A stretch of 64,000 nt of DNA, taken from positions 52,004 to 116,003 of the forward strand of contig JAZTZW010000018.1 of assembly GCA_045637685.1 (NCBI GenBank). Direction: 5' to 3'. Below the pieces are notes generated by a model that made no database searches, was not told the origin of the DNA, and saw only the letters and a list, made by a program, of their open reading frames with translations. Shown here piece after piece: positions 63,801 through 64,000 of the stretch. A program made the translations under genes and the position numbers. Each line of letters opens with the position of its first letter. The stretch's first letter is position 1. The stretch is from Eubacteriales bacterium. Lineage in GTDB: Bacteria; Bacillota; Clostridia; Oscillospirales; CAG-382.

Positions 63801-64000
63801 CCCTCGATTCCGTGGCGCTGAAGCTCTAAATAAAAGTTGTTTCTGCCGAAAATTCGGTCGAGGATTATAATGCGCTCTCTCGCAAGCGACATATCGTTTG
63901 CAAGTATCGCCTTGGGAATGCTTCCCGAAATACAGCCCGAAAGCGCAATTAAGCCTTCGGAATATTTCGTAAGCGTTTCTATATCTGTTCTCGGCTTGGA
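60875..64000 (-). CDS. dnaE: DNA polymerase III alpha subunit, 5' end outside the window
   Basis: The frame stays open to nt 64000 (…GLIALSGCISGSIPKAILANDMSLARER…, PHP domain). DnaE core motifs MPDIDIDF and GLLKMDFLGL are present. Confidence 0.92.
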   Translation of the reverse strand, partial: SKPRTDIETLTKYSEGLIALSGCISGSIPKAILANDMSLARERIIILDRIFGRNNFYLELQRHGIEGQEEVNRALIRFSSELGIPLVATNDAHYTTRGDAGIQRLLTAISTGSTVDELEFGMEGSEHYIKSASEMAILFRDVPEAVENTVRIAEMCDFSFDFENMHLPAFRAPAPLTSEQYLKKLCLEGLERLAGAGRLSGDISLYHERIEHELSIIHSMGFDDYMLIVWDFVNYARKNGIPVGSGRGSAVGSLCTYSLGITQVDPIKFNLLFERFLNPERVSMPDIDIDFSDERRGEVIDYVSSKYGRAHVAQIITFGKLAARQAVRDAGRALGMSYASVDEIAKMIPRYLDVTLESAVTENPELKNRIDNDPAAKRLYDSAIKLEGRPRNTSTHASGVVITDEPLTSYLPLAVNDSTVVTQFPMNTVADLGLLKMDFLGLRFLSIIEYAEKQIRKQIPDFSAEALPLDDKATYEMLSEGHAIGIFQLESEGMRSLLSKLKPRDLEDIISVISLYRPGPALSIDEFLKNRQSPEKTEYEHPCLKEILAPTCGVMLYQEQVMQICRTMAGYSYGRADIVRRAMAKKKLDVMLKEKDIFLAGAKEKGVPAEAAERVFDKMSEFAKYAFNKSHAAAYAVVAYRTAWLKCHYPREYMCALLNTVMGYNEKVGEYIADCARMGIKILPPRVNESGTSFSVEGNDLRFGLAAIKNVGALFADRVIAERARRRFDSIEDFLDRCAKLGSIKTFESLATAGALDEFGLQRSHILAGLAQALETVSKDRSRNSEGQISLFGGESSFKESAFEFPKSTLPELLKSEMLKGEKEMTGLYFSGHPLDGYGDILKRTGALTLEKIREGLENKTIKKNNLIKFIGLVTKKRSKVTKKNDIMAFIEAEDETGECELIAFPSLYTESGSLISEGKVLVFTGNPEMKEAYGDEGSENLTILLKSVCTPEDALKNAPPVATDDGENAKSLYIKVTPKNEFHLNDALALAAQSGGSSRILVYFEQEKRLAAAKGKTAKISERLLNQLRELMGKENIAVK

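Noticed and set aside
1-64000. A whole-window scan for prophage, integrative-element, transposon, tRNA or rRNA content.
   Set aside because: No integrase, transposase, recombinase, phage structural or replication-initiator genes were seen. The few T-loop-like GGTTCGA strings fall inside CDSs without cloverleaf context.

Overview
This is a dense chromosomal window of about 60 CDS from a Firmicute of class Clostridia. The cohesin/dockerin protein, the DUF4367-type sigma partners and the overall gene content suggest a Ruminococcaceae/Oscillospiraceae-like gut anaerobe, which is inference only. I found no rRNA, tRNA, CRISPR array, transposase, integrase or phage structural gene.

Clearly recognisable housekeeping content:
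- an rmlA-rmlB-rmlD-rmlC-GT2 rhamnose/cell-wall polysaccharide operon (1.05-5.6 kb)
- thiamine pyrophosphokinase plus an HD dNTPase-like protein
- a tightly packed minus-strand block of 11 genes from 16.5 to 27.8 kb: MBL hydrolase, galactokinase-family kinase, flavin reductase, FkbM methyltransferase, YitT, lipoprotein, cohesin-dockerin protein, rsmI, B12-radical SAM, polA
- PfkB kinase plus an orphan sugar-type SBP
- GH25 lysozyme, a CPA2 antiporter, a MATE exporter, an ABC exporter, a Gfo/Idh/MocA oxidoreductase
- rubrerythrin plus a Fur-family regulator, YgiQ radical SAM, PBP1A, and a 5'-truncated dnaE

The most system-like uncharacterised region is 34.9-42.4 kb. It holds two families of duplicated secreted or membrane proteins:
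- Family A (34899-35834 and 37252-38121) flanks an SGNH lipoprotein.
- Family B is a membrane-anchored copy (40354-41085) coupled to an ECF-like sigma factor, plus a signal-peptide-only copy (41690-42352).

These genes are interleaved with an OmpR/HK two-component system. They show colinear conserved 5' leaders and short patches of nucleotide-level identity.

Other items worth a second look:
- an HTH-TPR (RRNPP-like architecture) regulator with two tandem paralogous membrane proteins (12-14 kb)
- a nested inverted and direct 51-bp repeat structure at 34.06-34.35 kb, followed by a TCAAT operator-like array
- a standalone E2-acyltransferase-like protein whose catalytic His appears replaced by Glu
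- a coupled pair of membrane zinc-ribbon mini-proteins

All functional calls rest on by-eye motif recognition. No database search was run.
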